64,000 bases of DNA. Origin: an uncultured Eubacteriales bacterium (GTDB taxonomy: Bacteria > Acidobacteriota > Aminicenantia > Aminicenantales > Aminicenantaceae). Of this stretch, positions 39,553 to 49,567 are shown piece by piece; within the stretch, counting starts at the first letter, position 1; each line of letters opens with the position of its first letter. Under the pieces are notes generated by a model. That model saw only the letters and a list, made by a program, of their open reading frames with translations, did not search any database and was not told the DNA's origin. A program made the position numbers and the translations under genes. The stretch spans positions 4,720 through 68,719 of the forward strand of contig CAZSZS010000107.1 of assembly GCA_964611275.1 (NCBI GenBank), given 5' to 3'.

Positions 39553-39861
39553 TTACTTCACTGATCCGACTGTGATGAGGTCCTTGATATTCATGAATGT
39601 CTTTTCTCCGATTCCCTTCACTTTCATTATTTCTTCGATTCTCTTGAACTTTCCGTTTTCCTCTCTGAAGTCGACGATCCTTTTGGCCACTACTTCTCCT
39701 ATACGGGGAAGTTCTTGGAGTTCAGACAGAGATGCTGTATTGATGTTGATTTTTTCAGCTCCCGTTGTAGAACCCAAACCCCCTTGTACGGACACTGCAG
39801 TTGTGAGCGCGAAGATAACGGCCAATCCTGCAGCCAAACTTTTTGTGATTAGATTTTTCAT
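39553..39861 (-). CDS. ComEA-like helix-hairpin-helix DNA-binding protein
   Basis: Signal peptide plus tandem HhH motifs (INTASLSELQELPRIGEVVAKRIV). Confidence 0.75.
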   Translation of the reverse strand: MKNLITKSLAAGLAVIFALTTAVSVQGGLGSTTGAEKININTASLSELQELPRIGEVVAKRIVDFREENGKFKRIEEIMKVKGIGEKTFMNIKDLITVGSVK

Positions 39862-40040
39862 TTAAACCTCCTTTTGCTTTCGAATAATTGCAATATTCAG
39901 GCCAGAATGGAAAATTTTGCAACTAATTTGATATCAACGAGTTAAAAATGGATTTTGTTTTAGAGTGTAAGCCAAAGTTCACTTTTACCGGTGCTGTGTG
40001 TTGACAGACGTTGGCATCAAGGAAGAGTATTTTAAATGAA

Positions 40041-40069
40041 CATCGCCATTTTTTTATGAATGGTCCAGG
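40041..40069 (-). repeat. second copy of the post-stop motif (CCTGGACCATTCATAAAAAAATGGCGATG), overlapping the rdgB stop codon
   Basis: 25 of 29 nt identical to the motif at 5973..6001. Confidence 0.5.
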
Positions 40070-40656
40070 TTAAGGAAGGTCTTTAATTTTTTCAAAGCCT
40101 TGCCTCTGTGGCTGACCGAGTTCTTCTCTTCGGCAGAAAGCTGGGCAAATGTTTTGTTAAGAGGAGGATAAAAGAAGATGGGATCATAACCGAATCCGTT
40201 TTCTCCTTGTTTTTGTGTGAGTATATATCCGGAGACATGTTCTTTGATTCTGTATACTATCTTGTCCTTTATGGCTAAAGCCATACAGGATACAAATCTG
40301 GCTTTTCTCTTTTCTCTCGGGACTCCTTTTAACAGTTGAAGGACTTTCTCTATGTTTTTCTCGTCTGTGGCCAGTTCTCCTGAAAATCTTGCTGATAACA
40401 CCCCGGGGGCACCGGAAAGGTATTCGATCTCAAGTCCGGAGTCCTCTCCCAGTGTCAGTCCCGGCCATATTCGGCTGTAAAATAGGGTTTTTCCTTCTGC
40501 ATTCTCCATAAATGTTTTTCCTGTTTCTATGAATATATAGGCAGAGCTTATGTCTTTTATGGAGAGGACTTCCAAAGAAAGATGGGACAGAGAATGCTTG
40601 ATCTCTTTTACTTTTCCTTGATTAGCAGTGGCGAGAAGAAGTTTTTTTTCAGTCAA
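40054..40656 (-). CDS. rdgB: non-canonical purine NTP pyrophosphatase (RdgB/HAM1)
   Basis: LLLATANQGKVKE motif and the ITPase fold. Confidence 0.85.
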   Translation of the reverse strand: MTEKKLLLATANQGKVKEIKHSLSHLSLEVLSIKDISSAYIFIETGKTFMENAEGKTLFYSRIWPGLTLGEDSGLEIEYLSGAPGVLSARFSGELATDEKNIEKVLQLLKGVPREKRKARFVSCMALAIKDKIVYRIKEHVSGYILTQKQGENGFGYDPIFFYPPLNKTFAQLSAEEKNSVSHRGKALKKLKTFLNLDHS

Positions 40657-41296
40657 TTTTAAGTTCAGTGATTTCTTTTATATCTGTAAGGCTTTTATAA
40701 AAACTCTGTTCTTTTTCATCAGAAGCTTCAAAGGCAAAGGATATGGTGCTCAAAGGCCCTTCTTTTTTATGGGAGATTTCCTTGAATTTAATGCCTTCAT
40801 GGAGAGCGATTTTTTTTATGTCTAACAGGATTTTTTTCGAAGACTCTGATGTTACCTTGTAGCGGTACATTCCCTTTTTAAGATGTCCTGATTCGACCTT
40901 CCCTAGAAGGAAAAGAGTCAGGATGATGACTGCCGTAAAGATAACAGCATACAAATAATAGCCCGAACCAATGACGAGCCCGAGCACCGCCACAGCCCAA
41001 AGCCCTGCCGCCGTCGTAAGACCGATGATCATTCCTCTGGACTGAATGATAGTCCCGGCTCCCATAAATCCTATCCCGGTTATGACCCCTGCTGCAATCC
41101 TTGTTAAATCCACCATGGATTCGTTTTTGTCCTTGAGAAGGAGCCCTGATAAGATCATCATCATGGTCGCTCCCAAGCATATGAGGATATTGGTTCTAAA
41201 GCCCGCTGGTTTTTTGCTGGATTCTCTTTCCAGTCCGATAAGACCTCCTAGAGCCGTGGCGAGGAGAAGCTTTAAAACGACTTCAGCTGTTTGCAT
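40649..41296 (-). CDS. MgtC/SapB family membrane protein
   Basis: MgtC N-terminal domain (LLLATALGGLIGLERE) and a C-terminal ACT-like region. Confidence 0.8.
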   Translation of the reverse strand: MQTAEVVLKLLLATALGGLIGLERESSKKPAGFRTNILICLGATMMMILSGLLLKDKNESMVDLTRIAAGVITGIGFMGAGTIIQSRGMIIGLTTAAGLWAVAVLGLVIGSGYYLYAVIFTAVIILTLFLLGKVESGHLKKGMYRYKVTSESSKKILLDIKKIALHEGIKFKEISHKKEGPLSTISFAFEASDEKEQSFYKSLTDIKEITELKID

Positions 41297-41396
41297 AATA
41301 CGTCCCTTTTCAAAGGATACAGGTAATTTATCATAAGCTGTGGTATAAAAACAAGCTGATAGGTTTTTTTTAAGTGTTTTTTATGGCCGCCCCGGG

Positions 41397-42305
41397 TTAT
41401 TGGCCGAGTTTATCGAAAAGAAAGGATATGAAAAAGGTGATGACTATTAACAGAGTGTAGCCGGCGAATAAGGGATTTTTAAGAAGTCTTTCCGGCTCTT
41501 CCATCACTTCACTTTTTTGCAGGGTGTGTTTGAAGAAGATCATGAAATAGACCAGCAGCAGGGGCGACAGATAGAGAAAGGATTGGAGTTTGAAAGACAC
41601 GGCAAAATAAAAGTATGTGACAAAGAAAAACAGGACACTTATTCCCATCCCTGAGATCAGGTATTTTTTGGAGTACTTTTTAAGAGAAGCTCTGTAGTTC
41701 CCGGCGTTTTCTTTGAGAAACCTGAATTCAGAAAGCCTTTTTGCCACCATAAGAAAATTGCCGAACGCCCACCAGCATATCAATAATGACAGAGGAGGGA
41801 GGATGTCAGCCTGGGCAAATGCAAACCATCCGATGAGAAAGCGGATGGGATTGTTAGCGGATTCAGAAACGGAGTCAAGAAAAGGGATGTCTTTTGTTCG
41901 AATAGGCTTAATATTGTAGATGAATCCTGCGGCCAGCAGCGAAAGGAGAGATAGAAAAAAGGCCTTATTGAAAAGCAAATAGGCTGCTGTCAGACTGCTC
42001 ACTGACAGAATCAGGCCGAGGAGAAAAAATGGGAATTTTTTTATTTCGCCTTTAATCAGCGGACGGTTTTTTTTGGTGGGATGGTGGATGTCAAAAGGCG
42101 CATCAGCTATTTCATTAATGATATAGTTGGCTGTAGATATGGTCCAGGTGAGGAGGAATACAAGCAGGCTTTTCAATAAAGCCGCACCCAGAGCAAGGGA
42201 ACCCATCTGCTCTCTGTAGAGAAAAAAGAAGGAGGCTGTGCCCACGAAAATGGCTAAACTTCTCGGCCATCTCTCAGGACGTACGGCTTTTACATAAGGA
42301 TTCAT
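41397..42305 (-). CDS. UbiA-family prenyltransferase-like polytopic membrane protein
   Basis: Eight to nine transmembrane helices and a NxxxD-like motif (YIINEIAD). Confidence 0.55.
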   Translation of the reverse strand: MNPYVKAVRPERWPRSLAIFVGTASFFFLYREQMGSLALGAALLKSLLVFLLTWTISTANYIINEIADAPFDIHHPTKKNRPLIKGEIKKFPFFLLGLILSVSSLTAAYLLFNKAFFLSLLSLLAAGFIYNIKPIRTKDIPFLDSVSESANNPIRFLIGWFAFAQADILPPLSLLICWWAFGNFLMVAKRLSEFRFLKENAGNYRASLKKYSKKYLISGMGISVLFFFVTYFYFAVSFKLQSFLYLSPLLLVYFMIFFKHTLQKSEVMEEPERLLKNPLFAGYTLLIVITFFISFLFDKLGQ

Positions 42306-42306
42306 G

Positions 42307-43236
42307 TTATTTTTTTTGAGCGTAAATCTCTATTGAATCACCGAGAGCCAATTTTATCGGAATTTTCCTAAAAAAAGAAGAAAGAAAATGGCTTTTGAGC
42401 AGAAAATCCAGAAAGGTAAGTCGTGATATAAGATAATGCGCGGAAAACGTCCAGGTATAGTTTCTTGTTTTTATGACCTTAAAACCGGCTCTTTCCAGAA
42501 GTCTGTGGAGGCTTGCATTGGAAAAGTAATGAATATGGGCCGGCCTGAAGTGCCACCATTTTCCGCCCGAAATTTTTGCAGCCAGACTGTGGAGATTAGG
42601 CGTTACCAGACACAATACTCCATTTTGTGTTAAGATTTTGTGAGCCTTGAGTACAGCTTGATAGGGATTAGGAATGTGCTCAATAAAGTCAATCATGGTG
42701 ACGGCTTGATAGAGGTTCTCTTTTATAGGGGTTGATTCAAAGGCTCCTTTGTTTATTTTAAGGTTGTATTTTCTTAAAGCGGTATCAACCGCCCAGGTAC
42801 TGGCTTCTATACCGTCAGGTATCCATCCGTACTTGCGGGCTGAGTTTAAAAAAATCCCGGTAGCTGCACCCACATCTAGGATGTTACCCCTCTTTGGATG
42901 GATCCCGTTGATGTTCCATAAAATGGGAAGAAAATTTTTTTCCCTGCCTCCCGACTCTTCCTCATAGGACGGATCTTTGATTTGTGCGTAAAGACGCCGG
43001 ATGTAATCGGCGGTTGGACAGGGGTTAGCAAAAACATGCGTGCAGTCAGCGCACTGGTTTAAATCCCATATTTTCCCGTAGTCTTTGTCCGTGATTTTTA
43101 TTTGGTTATGATTGAACTCTTTATAGGATATGTTTCCCCGTCTGATTGTTTTTATGTTTGAGCTGAAACATACAGGGCATTCTGTTCTGGTCCAAAAACA
43201 AGGCGAATCTTTTTTCATTTTAAAGTTTTTTAACAC
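42307..43236 (-). CDS. SAM-dependent methyltransferase with N-terminal C4 zinc ribbon
   Basis: CPVC…CADC zinc ribbon followed by class I methyltransferase motifs (ILDVGAATG). Confidence 0.65.
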   Translation of the reverse strand: MLKNFKMKKDSPCFWTRTECPVCFSSNIKTIRRGNISYKEFNHNQIKITDKDYGKIWDLNQCADCTHVFANPCPTADYIRRLYAQIKDPSYEEESGGREKNFLPILWNINGIHPKRGNILDVGAATGIFLNSARKYGWIPDGIEASTWAVDTALRKYNLKINKGAFESTPIKENLYQAVTMIDFIEHIPNPYQAVLKAHKILTQNGVLCLVTPNLHSLAAKISGGKWWHFRPAHIHYFSNASLHRLLERAGFKVIKTRNYTWTFSAHYLISRLTFLDFLLKSHFLSSFFRKIPIKLALGDSIEIYAQKK

Positions 43237-43279
43237 TGAAATGAACGCTTGTCAAACCGTGATCGAATTTTTACCTGTT

Positions 43280-46200
43280 TCATGAGAAAAGTTTCATTTG
43301 GGAAGCTTTTTTTTGAAAAGTTCTGGGAGAGGCCTTTTTTATGAGTTTTTCCTCAATGGCATCAAGAAAGCGGCTTCTCCTCGGTTCTCTATGTTTACCC
43401 TGGATAAATCTTTTTTTGGCGTAGGTCAGGTACAGATATTTTTCAGCTCTGGTCATGCCCACATAGAGAAGCCGTCTTTCCTCCTCCAAGTCAGATGTGT
43501 GACCGGGGAACAGGGAGTATGGGAGGATGCCTTCTTCACAGCCTGTAATAAAAACACACGGGAACTCGAGGCCTTTGGCTGCGTGAAGTGTCATCAGAGT
43601 AACGCATTCCAGGGAAGAGTCATAGGTATCAGCACCTGAGCCCAGGAATATGTGTTTCATAAATTCTTCTGTGTTTTCGTCGAATTTATTCACCATATCA
43701 ATAAGCCTTTTAAAGGAGTCCTCTGATTCTTCTTTCTGCCGGATGAAAAAACGGTCTATAATGGCATTAAGGCTCTTGGTTGTGGGCATGTTTTTTGTTA
43801 TTTCATAAAGGCTGGAGACATCCTCGGTCTTTATGACTTTTCTTTTTGTCAAACTCTGTTTGAGAAAAACGCTCTCTTTATTAAGGCTGAGTCTCAATAT
43901 ATCGATCGCAGATCTTATAGGCTCCTCCCTGAAAAAAGGGATTTCTCCGATCTTTTGGAAAGGAATGCTGTGGTCGTTTAGGGCTTTTTCAATAGCCTTC
44001 ATTTGTTCTTTGATCCGGCACAGCACAGCAAAATCAGAAAGGCTGTTTATGTCTTCTTTTTCCTCGCCTTCACTGATATCGGAGTCCATGGAGAAAAATC
44101 TCAATCCGCCTATGGTGTCTTCGATTGTTCTGGCGACGAATTCAGCTTCACTCTTATCTGTGGTGTTTTCAGCCAGATTGATCTTCACTCCCCTGTGCAG
44201 TCCTTTGAGCAGATCTTCCTCAGATGCCGCTTTATTTATCATTTTTCCCGAAGCTTTAAGGATTAAGTCAGAGCACCTGTAGCTTTTCTTGAGTTTATAT
44301 AGGGAAGCCCCGGGATGATCTTTGAGGAAGTCGCTCATAAAACGAACATCAGCGCCCCTGAACCCATATATGGCCTGGTCAGGGTCTCCAATGGTATACA
44401 GGGAGGCATCCTGTCCCGGCATCAGTCTTTTTATCATCCGGTACTGGGCAAGATTGACATCCTGGAACTCGTCCACCAGTAAATGGGCATATCTGTTTTT
44501 ATAATCGTTCCATACAGACGGGACCTGTGAAAAAAGAATCAGGGGTTTATACAGGCAGTCATCCAGGTCGAAGAGGTCTGATTTTTTTAGCGTGTCTTCA
44601 TATGATTCAAATAGAGAAAAGAGGTTGGCATCTTTTATTTCCCCCGGTAATTTGAGGTTCTGTTTGATATTTTTTATGGATTTGGCAGTGGCTGTGGCGT
44701 CTTTACGTTTGAGACCGAATAAATCTCGGATCAGGATGTTTCTTTCTTCATCGTCAAGGATTGAAAACTTTTTACTTCTGCCCAGGTATTCAGGGTGTTT
44801 TTTGAGGATCCCATAGCCAAATGCATGAAAGGTGGATATGCTGAGTCCGGACAGGTCTGTTTCGTTGGGGAGCCACTCCTTCAATCTCTTTTGCATTTCC
44901 TGGGCAGCCTTGTTCGTAAACGTAACGGCAAGGATTTTTTCAAGGGGGACTCCTTTTTCCTGGATAAGATACGCTATTCTGCAGCACAGAGTATGGGTTT
45001 TTCCTGTTCCGGGCCCTGCAATGACCGCAGCCGGGCCTTTATCATGCAGGACAGCCTGTTTTTGCTCTCTGTTAAGCTTTTCCAGGGCAGCCAATTTTCC
45101 GTATTTTTCAGATCTGTCTTCCGCGATCTCCAGCTTTCTTTGAGACGGAGCCAGGGGCATTTTTGCCTGAAGCATTCTGTACTCATTGAGGTCAAAATTA
45201 ATGATTTTTCTTTTGGGTATGGCTGAGGGAGCCTCTGGTTTTTTATCAAACAGAAAGACCTGGCTCTCCGGTGATTGGAGTTCCTCCTTATTGAATACCT
45301 TTATTTTGCCGTACTCGCCGTCAAAGCCTTCCTGAATCAGAACCTGTCTGGAGCGCATCCTTTTTATGGCCTCGGCTAGTATTTCGTATCCTTCCTTTTT
45401 AAGTTCTTCTATCGGCAAATCAAGGAGAATACTTAATTCAGGCCCGTTTCTATTGATCAGAGAAAAGTATGCGGAATCGACTTTTTTGGAAGCGGTTCCG
45501 ACCCGTATGATCTCAGAGAGGATTTCTTTCAGGGGAATGATGGAATAGAAGGGCCGTTTATTCGGGCGCTCGTCAAGGTCTTCCCTGTCAGAAAGTTCGA
45601 CCACCCTGTTCATGACACCCACGGTGACTTTTTTCCCGCATTCGGGGCATACCCCCTTGTTCTGTAACGTCTGAACAGGGTTCCATCGTATACCGCATTT
45701 TCTATGGCCGTCGTAGTGATATTTTCCTTCCTGGGGGAAGAGGTCAATGGTGCCTAGAAATTTTTGAGGGTCTCCTGATTTCATGGCTTTGATGATATCT
45801 GTGTAAGACAAGTTCGTGTCAAGGATGTTGGCATTGCGGCCCAGTTTTTCGGGGGAATGAGCATCTGAATTTGAAACCAGTGTGTATTTATCCAAAAATG
45901 AGCACATCCAGTGCATGGGAGCGTCCGTGGAAAGACCGGTTTCAACAGCGGATATATGCGGTGTCAGGTCTTCAAAACACTCCTCAATGGAATCAAAGCC
46001 TGATTTTGACCCGAGCACAGAAAACCAGGGAGTCCATATATGGGCTGGAATAAAATACGTTCTATCCGAAGCTTCCAGAGTCATATCCAGGAGATCTCTG
46101 GAGTCAAGGCCTAAAATGGGTCTTCCGTCGGATGTGATGTTTCCGCCGATCCGCAGCAGGGAATTTTGTATTTTCTCAGCGGTCTGGAAATCAGGGGCCA

Positions 46201-46534
46201 GAATAACGTTATGTACCTTTCTGACTCTGCCGTTTTTTTTATATATGCTGCTTATTTCCGCTGAGAGCAAGAATCTGATTTCCGGACAGAGGTCAACGGC
46301 TTCGGGGATATTCAGCTCTTTTTGATACTCTTTTTTGAGCTTAAACAGGCCTTCTTCTGAAGGGGCCAGTTTTTCCTTGAGCTCTTTCAGCCATCCGGGA
46401 TGAGAAAAGTCTCCGGTACCTACCACGGAGATACCTTTCACCCCTGCCCAATAATGGATAAATTCAGGGGCAAGTTTCTTGCTGGTCGCCCGTGAGAAGT
46501 GGGAATGGATATGGAGGTCAGCAATAAACCGCAT
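43280..46534 (-). CDS. fusion protein: N-terminal PHP-domain (COG1379-type, with Zn ribbon) + C-terminal UvrD/PcrA superfamily-1 helicase
   Basis: PHP motifs (DLHIHSHFS, DAHSPE) and a CPECGKK zinc ribbon in the first ~400 aa. UvrD motifs I (AGPGTGKTHT), II (DEFQD) and VI (HAAKGLEF) in the C-terminal ~650 aa. Confidence 0.75.
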   Translation of the reverse strand: MRFIADLHIHSHFSRATSKKLAPEFIHYWAGVKGISVVGTGDFSHPGWLKELKEKLAPSEEGLFKLKKEYQKELNIPEAVDLCPEIRFLLSAEISSIYKKNGRVRKVHNVILAPDFQTAEKIQNSLLRIGGNITSDGRPILGLDSRDLLDMTLEASDRTYFIPAHIWTPWFSVLGSKSGFDSIEECFEDLTPHISAVETGLSTDAPMHWMCSFLDKYTLVSNSDAHSPEKLGRNANILDTNLSYTDIIKAMKSGDPQKFLGTIDLFPQEGKYHYDGHRKCGIRWNPVQTLQNKGVCPECGKKVTVGVMNRVVELSDREDLDERPNKRPFYSIIPLKEILSEIIRVGTASKKVDSAYFSLINRNGPELSILLDLPIEELKKEGYEILAEAIKRMRSRQVLIQEGFDGEYGKIKVFNKEELQSPESQVFLFDKKPEAPSAIPKRKIINFDLNEYRMLQAKMPLAPSQRKLEIAEDRSEKYGKLAALEKLNREQKQAVLHDKGPAAVIAGPGTGKTHTLCCRIAYLIQEKGVPLEKILAVTFTNKAAQEMQKRLKEWLPNETDLSGLSISTFHAFGYGILKKHPEYLGRSKKFSILDDEERNILIRDLFGLKRKDATATAKSIKNIKQNLKLPGEIKDANLFSLFESYEDTLKKSDLFDLDDCLYKPLILFSQVPSVWNDYKNRYAHLLVDEFQDVNLAQYRMIKRLMPGQDASLYTIGDPDQAIYGFRGADVRFMSDFLKDHPGASLYKLKKSYRCSDLILKASGKMINKAASEEDLLKGLHRGVKINLAENTTDKSEAEFVARTIEDTIGGLRFFSMDSDISEGEEKEDINSLSDFAVLCRIKEQMKAIEKALNDHSIPFQKIGEIPFFREEPIRSAIDILRLSLNKESVFLKQSLTKRKVIKTEDVSSLYEITKNMPTTKSLNAIIDRFFIRQKEESEDSFKRLIDMVNKFDENTEEFMKHIFLGSGADTYDSSLECVTLMTLHAAKGLEFPCVFITGCEEGILPYSLFPGHTSDLEEERRLLYVGMTRAEKYLYLTYAKKRFIQGKHREPRRSRFLDAIEEKLIKKASPRTFQKKASQMKLFS

Positions 46535-46604
46535 CTTGTTTCTATTTTAAACAAAAAACGGGGATGGTTCTATTTTTTTATTTGCTGCCCCATATTGTTT
46601 TAAG

Positions 46605-46650
46605 GAAAAATAAAAAGGCACTCCCCCATTTAAGGAGAGTGCCATTTTTT
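46605..46650. terminator. rho-independent terminator (GGCACTC…GAGTGCC + T-tract), usable on both strands
   Basis: Hairpin at 46617..46642 flanked by A- and T-runs. Lies downstream of cspA. Confidence 0.6.
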
Positions 46651-46673
46651 GTCTTGCGTATAGCGTAATCGAG

Positions 46674-46874
46674 TTAAACGACAGTCACATTTTTTGCCGC
46701 AGGTCCTTTGGGACCCTGCTCGATCTCAAAGGTAACTTTATCGCCTTCTTTGAGAGATTTGAAACCAGATGCGTTGATCGCTGAATGATGGACAAACACA
46801 TCCGGCCCGTCTTCCTGCTCAATGAAGCCGTAACCTTTGCTGCTATTGAACCACTTTACAGTTCCATTAGCCAT
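46674..46874 (-). CDS. cold-shock protein CspA family
   Basis: RNP1/RNP2 motifs (KGYGFI, VFVHH). AAGGAG ribosome-binding site. Confidence 0.9.
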   Translation of the reverse strand: MANGTVKWFNSSKGYGFIEQEDGPDVFVHHSAINASGFKSLKEGDKVTFEIEQGPKGPAAKNVTVV

Positions 46875-47189
46875 TGTGGCATTCTCCTTTCCTAAGATAC
46901 TCAAGGTTTCAAACTGGGGGATGCCACTTAAAAAAATGGTACTCTCCTGCAGAACGAAACCGGCTTGCTCCTAAGAACAAACCTTTACTGATTTGACATA
47001 TTCTATCATATTTTTAAAAAAAAATACAGATATAGGGAAAAAACAAAAATATTTTTATATATTTTTCTTAAAAATCACATAAGTTCAGGTTTGAATCAGA
47101 TGCCAAAGAGAATGTGATCAAAATAGTCGGACTCCATATCCACGGGAACCAGGATGAGTCCTTACGTGATGGATAAGAGGGTCCCTGAT

Positions 47190-47537
47190 CTATTCGATTT
47201 CAAGTTCCATTTTTTCCAGATATAAATCAGTTCCGTCAAGTGTCTCCAGGTTAATGGAACCACATGAGCTGCAGTTAAGGACCAGGTCGTCTTTAATGGT
47301 CAATGCGCCGCAGTCCTTGCATTTCAGTTTAAGAGGGACTTTTTCGATTTCCAGCTCAGCCTCTGAAGCCAGGGTTTCTTTTTTGTAGATACCAAAGGCT
47401 GTCTCCAGCAGTTCCGGGACAGCTCCGGAAAGCACTCCGACTCGAAGCTTGACATAGGTGATTTTTTTGGAATTTTTTTCCTTTGCCTTCTGCTCCATGA
47501 TTTCAAACAGATTGGCGATTAGAGAAAGTTCATGCAT
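47190..47537 (-). CDS. hypA: hydrogenase Ni-insertion metallochaperone HypA
   Basis: MHE N-terminus (Ni site) and a CxxC…CxxC zinc site. Confidence 0.85.
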   Translation of the reverse strand: MHELSLIANLFEIMEQKAKEKNSKKITYVKLRVGVLSGAVPELLETAFGIYKKETLASEAELEIEKVPLKLKCKDCGALTIKDDLVLNCSSCGSINLETLDGTDLYLEKMELEIE

Positions 47538-48201
47538 TTGCCCGGCGCAGTTTTTTTAGGTTTTTTACGAGATAATCTACGAACTCTTTGATACCGGTTC
47601 CCTCAACAGAACTGATCTTGAATACTTCCAATTTCGGATTGACATCCAGGCTTTCCTGAACGGCCCGGTCTACGTTAAAGGGCATTTTATCTAAAAGGTC
47701 GGTTTTGCTGATGATAAGGGCGTCTGAAGTAAAAAACGCTTTGGGGTACTTTTTGGGTTTATCGTCTCCTTCCGGGACAGAAAGAAGCACACACCGAAGG
47801 CTTTCCCCCAGATCAAAGCTGGCAGGGCATACCAGGTTACCGACATTTTCTATAAACAGAAGATCCAGGTCAGCAGGGATTTCTGAGAATACTTTACCGA
47901 CCATTTTTGCATCCAGATGACAGGCGCCTCCGGTAGATATCTGCCATGCTTGAATCCCTTTTGCTCTTATTCTCTCTGCATCCCTTTCGGTTTCAATGTC
48001 CCCTTCTATCACTGCCATTTTATAACCGGGGGTGAGGACTTCTGAGAGATTTTCAAGCAGGGATGTTTTGCCTGCTCCGGGAGAGCTGAGGAGATTGATG
48101 GCAAGAATTCCCTTTTCAGATAATTTTCTCCTGATATCTCCGGCTATTTTCTTGTTTGAACCAAGCAGGTCTTCCAAAACCATGACTTCTTGTTTTTTCA
48201 T
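47530..48201 (-). CDS. hypB: hydrogenase Ni-incorporation GTPase HypB
   Basis: P-loop (SSPGAGKTSL), CH motif, and SIMIBI GTPase fold. Confidence 0.85.
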   Translation of the reverse strand: MKKQEVMVLEDLLGSNKKIAGDIRRKLSEKGILAINLLSSPGAGKTSLLENLSEVLTPGYKMAVIEGDIETERDAERIRAKGIQAWQISTGGACHLDAKMVGKVFSEIPADLDLLFIENVGNLVCPASFDLGESLRCVLLSVPEGDDKPKKYPKAFFTSDALIISKTDLLDKMPFNVDRAVQESLDVNPKLEVFKISSVEGTGIKEFVDYLVKNLKKLRRANA

Positions 48202-48374
48202 TTTGAAATATCTTTCAATAAGGATTTTAATTTTTTTATAACCACTGGTATCTTCTTTTTCATTTCCTCGGTCAATTTTTCTCCGAGATTGTACATGTTT
48301 TTTGCTTCTATGGCTATTATTTTTATACTTTTAGGGGCTTTCAGGCCTTTTTCAAAAATGGCAACTGAATGGAT

Positions 48375-49493
48375 TCAGCCTTTTGTCTCCTTGTGTTTGG
48401 GGAGAGACACAGAAAACGTGCTTCCTTTTCCCGGAGTGCTCGAGACATCAATAGTGCCCGAATGAGCATCTATTATTTTTTTTGATATGGAAAGTCCCAA
48501 TCCTGAGCCTTTCCCTTGCTTGCTTACGTTCCGGTTGACCCGAAAAAACTGATTGAAGAGCTGGGGAATATGTTTTTCTTCTATTCCCACACCGGTGTCT
48601 TTGATGTCAGTGATGATATACCCATCCTTTTCCCTGAACGATATTTTTACCGAACCGTTTGGTTTGTTGTATTTGACCGCATTGTTCATCAGGTTTGCGA
48701 ACGCCTGTTCCAGAGTTTCCTCGTCTCCCCTGACCGTGCTCTTTCCTGTGGGAGGTTCGATCTCAAGATTTATTTTATTCTTTTCTGCAACAGGCTGCAG
48801 AAATTCGATCTGTTTTTTTAAAAGAGCGAAAAGGGAGACCTGTTTGAATTTTTCCACAAGCTGCCCCTTATCGATCCGGGCCGCATCAAGCCAGTCATTG
48901 ATAAGTTCCAGCAGGCTTTCGACTCTGTTTCTGGCTTTGGATAACATGTCTTTATGCTCTTTTGACATCTCTCCCACAGAACCTGAGAGCATGACCTCAA
49001 AGTACTGGGCAATGGCAACCAGGGGGCTTCTGAGCTGATGGGATACCATTGTGATGAAGTTTTCTTCTATGCGCTTTTTTTCTTTCCTGAGCGATTCAGC
49101 TTCCCTGGACAGCTTTATTTTTTCCAGGCCTCTTTTTATGATGACCCTGAGTTGTTCGGGGGTAAAAGGTTTGGGAAGAAAGTCATATGCGCCTTTTTTC
49201 ATGGCCTCTACGGCTGACTCGACTGTTGCGTAACCTGTAATGACGATCGGAACGGTATCCGGGGATATTTCTCTTATTTTTTCAATCACATCCAAGCCGC
49301 CGATGCCGGGCATTTTTAAGTCAACCAGCGCAATGTCCGGTTTCATTTCTTCTACTTTTTCAAGACCTTTTTTTCCGTCTTCTGCTGTTTCGGTGAGGAA
49401 ACCGTCTTTTTCAAGTATCATACGGCAGGAATCACGCATTGATTCTTCATCGTCTATAACTACGGTAGAATGATTTTTTTTCTGCATGAACAC
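48375..49493 (-). CDS. hybrid response-regulator/histidine kinase (REC-HisKA-HATPase_c)
   Basis: N-terminal receiver domain (Asp in VDLKMPG), H-box (HQLRSPL), and N/G boxes. Confidence 0.8.
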   Translation of the reverse strand: MFMQKKNHSTVVIDDEESMRDSCRMILEKDGFLTETAEDGKKGLEKVEEMKPDIALVDLKMPGIGGLDVIEKIREISPDTVPIVITGYATVESAVEAMKKGAYDFLPKPFTPEQLRVIIKRGLEKIKLSREAESLRKEKKRIEENFITMVSHQLRSPLVAIAQYFEVMLSGSVGEMSKEHKDMLSKARNRVESLLELINDWLDAARIDKGQLVEKFKQVSLFALLKKQIEFLQPVAEKNKINLEIEPPTGKSTVRGDEETLEQAFANLMNNAVKYNKPNGSVKISFREKDGYIITDIKDTGVGIEEKHIPQLFNQFFRVNRNVSKQGKGSGLGLSISKKIIDAHSGTIDVSSTPGKGSTFSVSLPKHKETKG

Positions 49494-49567
49494 TTCCTTA
49501 TCTGGATTAATATTAGTTTATACGAGATTGAGTCCTGTTGTCCAGAGCAATGTTTTTCTAGATACAA

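Noticed and set aside
47080-47100. GGTTTGAATC resembling a tRNA T-loop.
   Set aside because: No acceptor or anticodon stem context. It sits in the AT-rich cspA leader.
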